DNA of 63,384 nt, counting the filler, from Phoronis australis (Eukaryota > Animalia > Phoronida): the NCBI GenBank assembly GCA_002633005.1. It is 12 parts of 12 records of this genome, joined end to end, with 100 filler letters (N's around TTAATTAATTAA, not from the genome) between each part and the next. Parts side by side here need not be neighbours in the genome. Positions count along the whole stretch, not along the records: positions 62,219 to 63,384 come from NMRA01002694.1; 11 more parts are not named here. One strand, 5' to 3'. The first letter of the stretch is position 1. Each line of letters begins with the position of its first letter. Shown here one piece after another: positions 62,119-63,384 of this stretch. Both the position numbers and the translations under genes were made by a program. The notes beneath the pieces were generated by a model. That model had not been told where the DNA came from. It did no database searches and was given only the letters and a program-made list of their open reading frames with translations.

Positions 62119-63012
62119 NNNNNNNNNNNNNNNNNNNNNNNNNNNNNNNNNNNNNNNNNNNNTTAATTAATTAANNNNNNNNNNNNNNNNNNNNNNNNNN
62201 NNNNNNNNNNNNNNNNNNGCAAAAAATGAAACATGGTTTTTAGTTTGCAAATCACTCCAAATGCACACACTATCCAGCCTGCTCAAGACATGCCTGACCA
62301 CAAGCTATCCCATGAGCCTTCGCGAAGGAAGTAACTCGCACATGCGCAATGCGTAGTTCGTCTGCGCTGCAAATCCGCTATTCACTCTCGTCAACTTCAT
62401 TGCCATCACTTTTGTCAGACAAATCGCTCGAGTACCTTCCATTGTTGGCCAATAATAAACTGATAAACACTGCTTATGTCGTCAAACACTTGATTAGAAA
62501 AAATGAGTATATAATCACGATAAGGTACGTGATTTAGCCGTATACAAGGGTGTAGGTCATTGCGAAGTTCAAGTTACGGTGCGTAACGAAAGTGTGTGCC
62601 AATTGGGTCATAGTAAGACATTTACTTCTCAAACACTAAAAACCCCGGGATTTGTACTTAAGCGTTTTCATGCCGTGTTTATGCAATGCAAAATGCTGTT
62701 GAGTGTAGGTGTTTTAGTCTTGAAGTTTGTAAGGCTATCAGATGACGCTCCAGTAGCATCATATACATGTAACGTTTAAACAGTACACACGAAGGATTTT
62801 TGCACATTTCGAATTACTGGTGGCCACAGACTAAATGTATGACGTAAAATTTAGCCAAATCCATGATTATTTTGTGTCATTAGCTCGAAATTTTGATTTA
62901 TCTTTCAATTTTGCCAATTTTCACATTTCCCACCATGGGTTGAACACAAGAGATCAGCGACTAGCATTGAACAACGGCGGAGAGTAGGGAATTTGAAAGC
63001 CACGACGATTAT

Positions 63013-63242
63013 GAGCAAAAAATGAACAAATACTATGAAGATACGTACGAGAATGGTGGCCAGGATGACGAAATGGGGTTGCACGAAAGCGAGAACGAGT
63101 TTGATATGTTTTCAGCTGCGTACTTTTCTACTTTGAGGCCTTACGAACTGGATCCTCCCGCGAGAGAAGCGGCCTCGGGCTCGGCCAGTCAACCCAGTCA
63201 TCCAACAGACGATCCTGAATAAAGAGCCGATGTTTCTGAATA
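63013..63242 (+). pseudogene. Second KolX / P2X7-tail-like gene, decayed first exon
   Basis: Acidic N-terminus, LRPYELDP (PYxFEP-like), then DPE*RADVSE(W->TA)|GTAAAT, a donor at the Trp that precedes the WCxC motif. Confidence 0.5.
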
Positions 63243-63384
63243 GTAAATATTGTCGTTTATTGAACCAGGCCTTCATCGTAACATCTCCTCTGATTGGAGT
63301 CGAAACACGACTCCTCAAAGTGGGCAGAACACAGAGTGGCCCCGGGCAGAATCGCTTGGTCCACGCTGAGGTCCCACACTCTCG

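Noticed and set aside
4981-62218. Recurrent TTAATTAATTAA motif, and any gene neighbourhood spanning it
   Set aside because: Always centred in exactly 100 nt of N. It is an artificial linker, so cross-contig clustering (e.g. ABCC, ACSF2, FucT, SLC52) is not evidence of a pathway or system.

Overview
AT-rich animal genomic DNA, probably a marine invertebrate (inferred from GT-AG introns, gene content and repeat types). It is not a contiguous locus: 12 short contigs are joined by eleven identical 100-nt artificial spacers (N-run/TTAATTAATTAA/N-run), with one real 410-N gap and several single-N joins that duplicate sequence. Adjacency across spacers has no biological meaning. Host-gene pieces recognised: two exons of an ABCC4/MRP4-like transporter, the first two exons of an ACSF2-like acyl-CoA synthetase, a broken alpha-1,3-fucosyltransferase (GT10), a C-type lectin (candidate signal exon plus CTLD exon), and the last three exons of an SLC52 riboflavin-transporter-like gene. 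Much of the rest is mobile DNA: a tRNA-bearing miniature LTR element (Helenus-like TRIM, 4-bp TSD); the 3' half of a Gypsy element carrying an apparently spliced extra ORF with two zinc-finger motifs at the env position; an internally deleted Kolobok (THAP transposase facing a P2X7-tail-like KolX gene) and a second KolX remnant; a Penelope fragment with a variant hammerhead ribozyme and inverted pLTR nested in tandem Helentron-associated elements; a repeat family with CTCF-like motifs about every 145 bp; two more decayed THAP genes; many MITEs and minisatellites. All assignments are by-eye motif recognition, with no database searches. The best candidates for something undescribed are the zinc-finger extra ORF in the Gypsy element and the CTCF-motif-array repeat.
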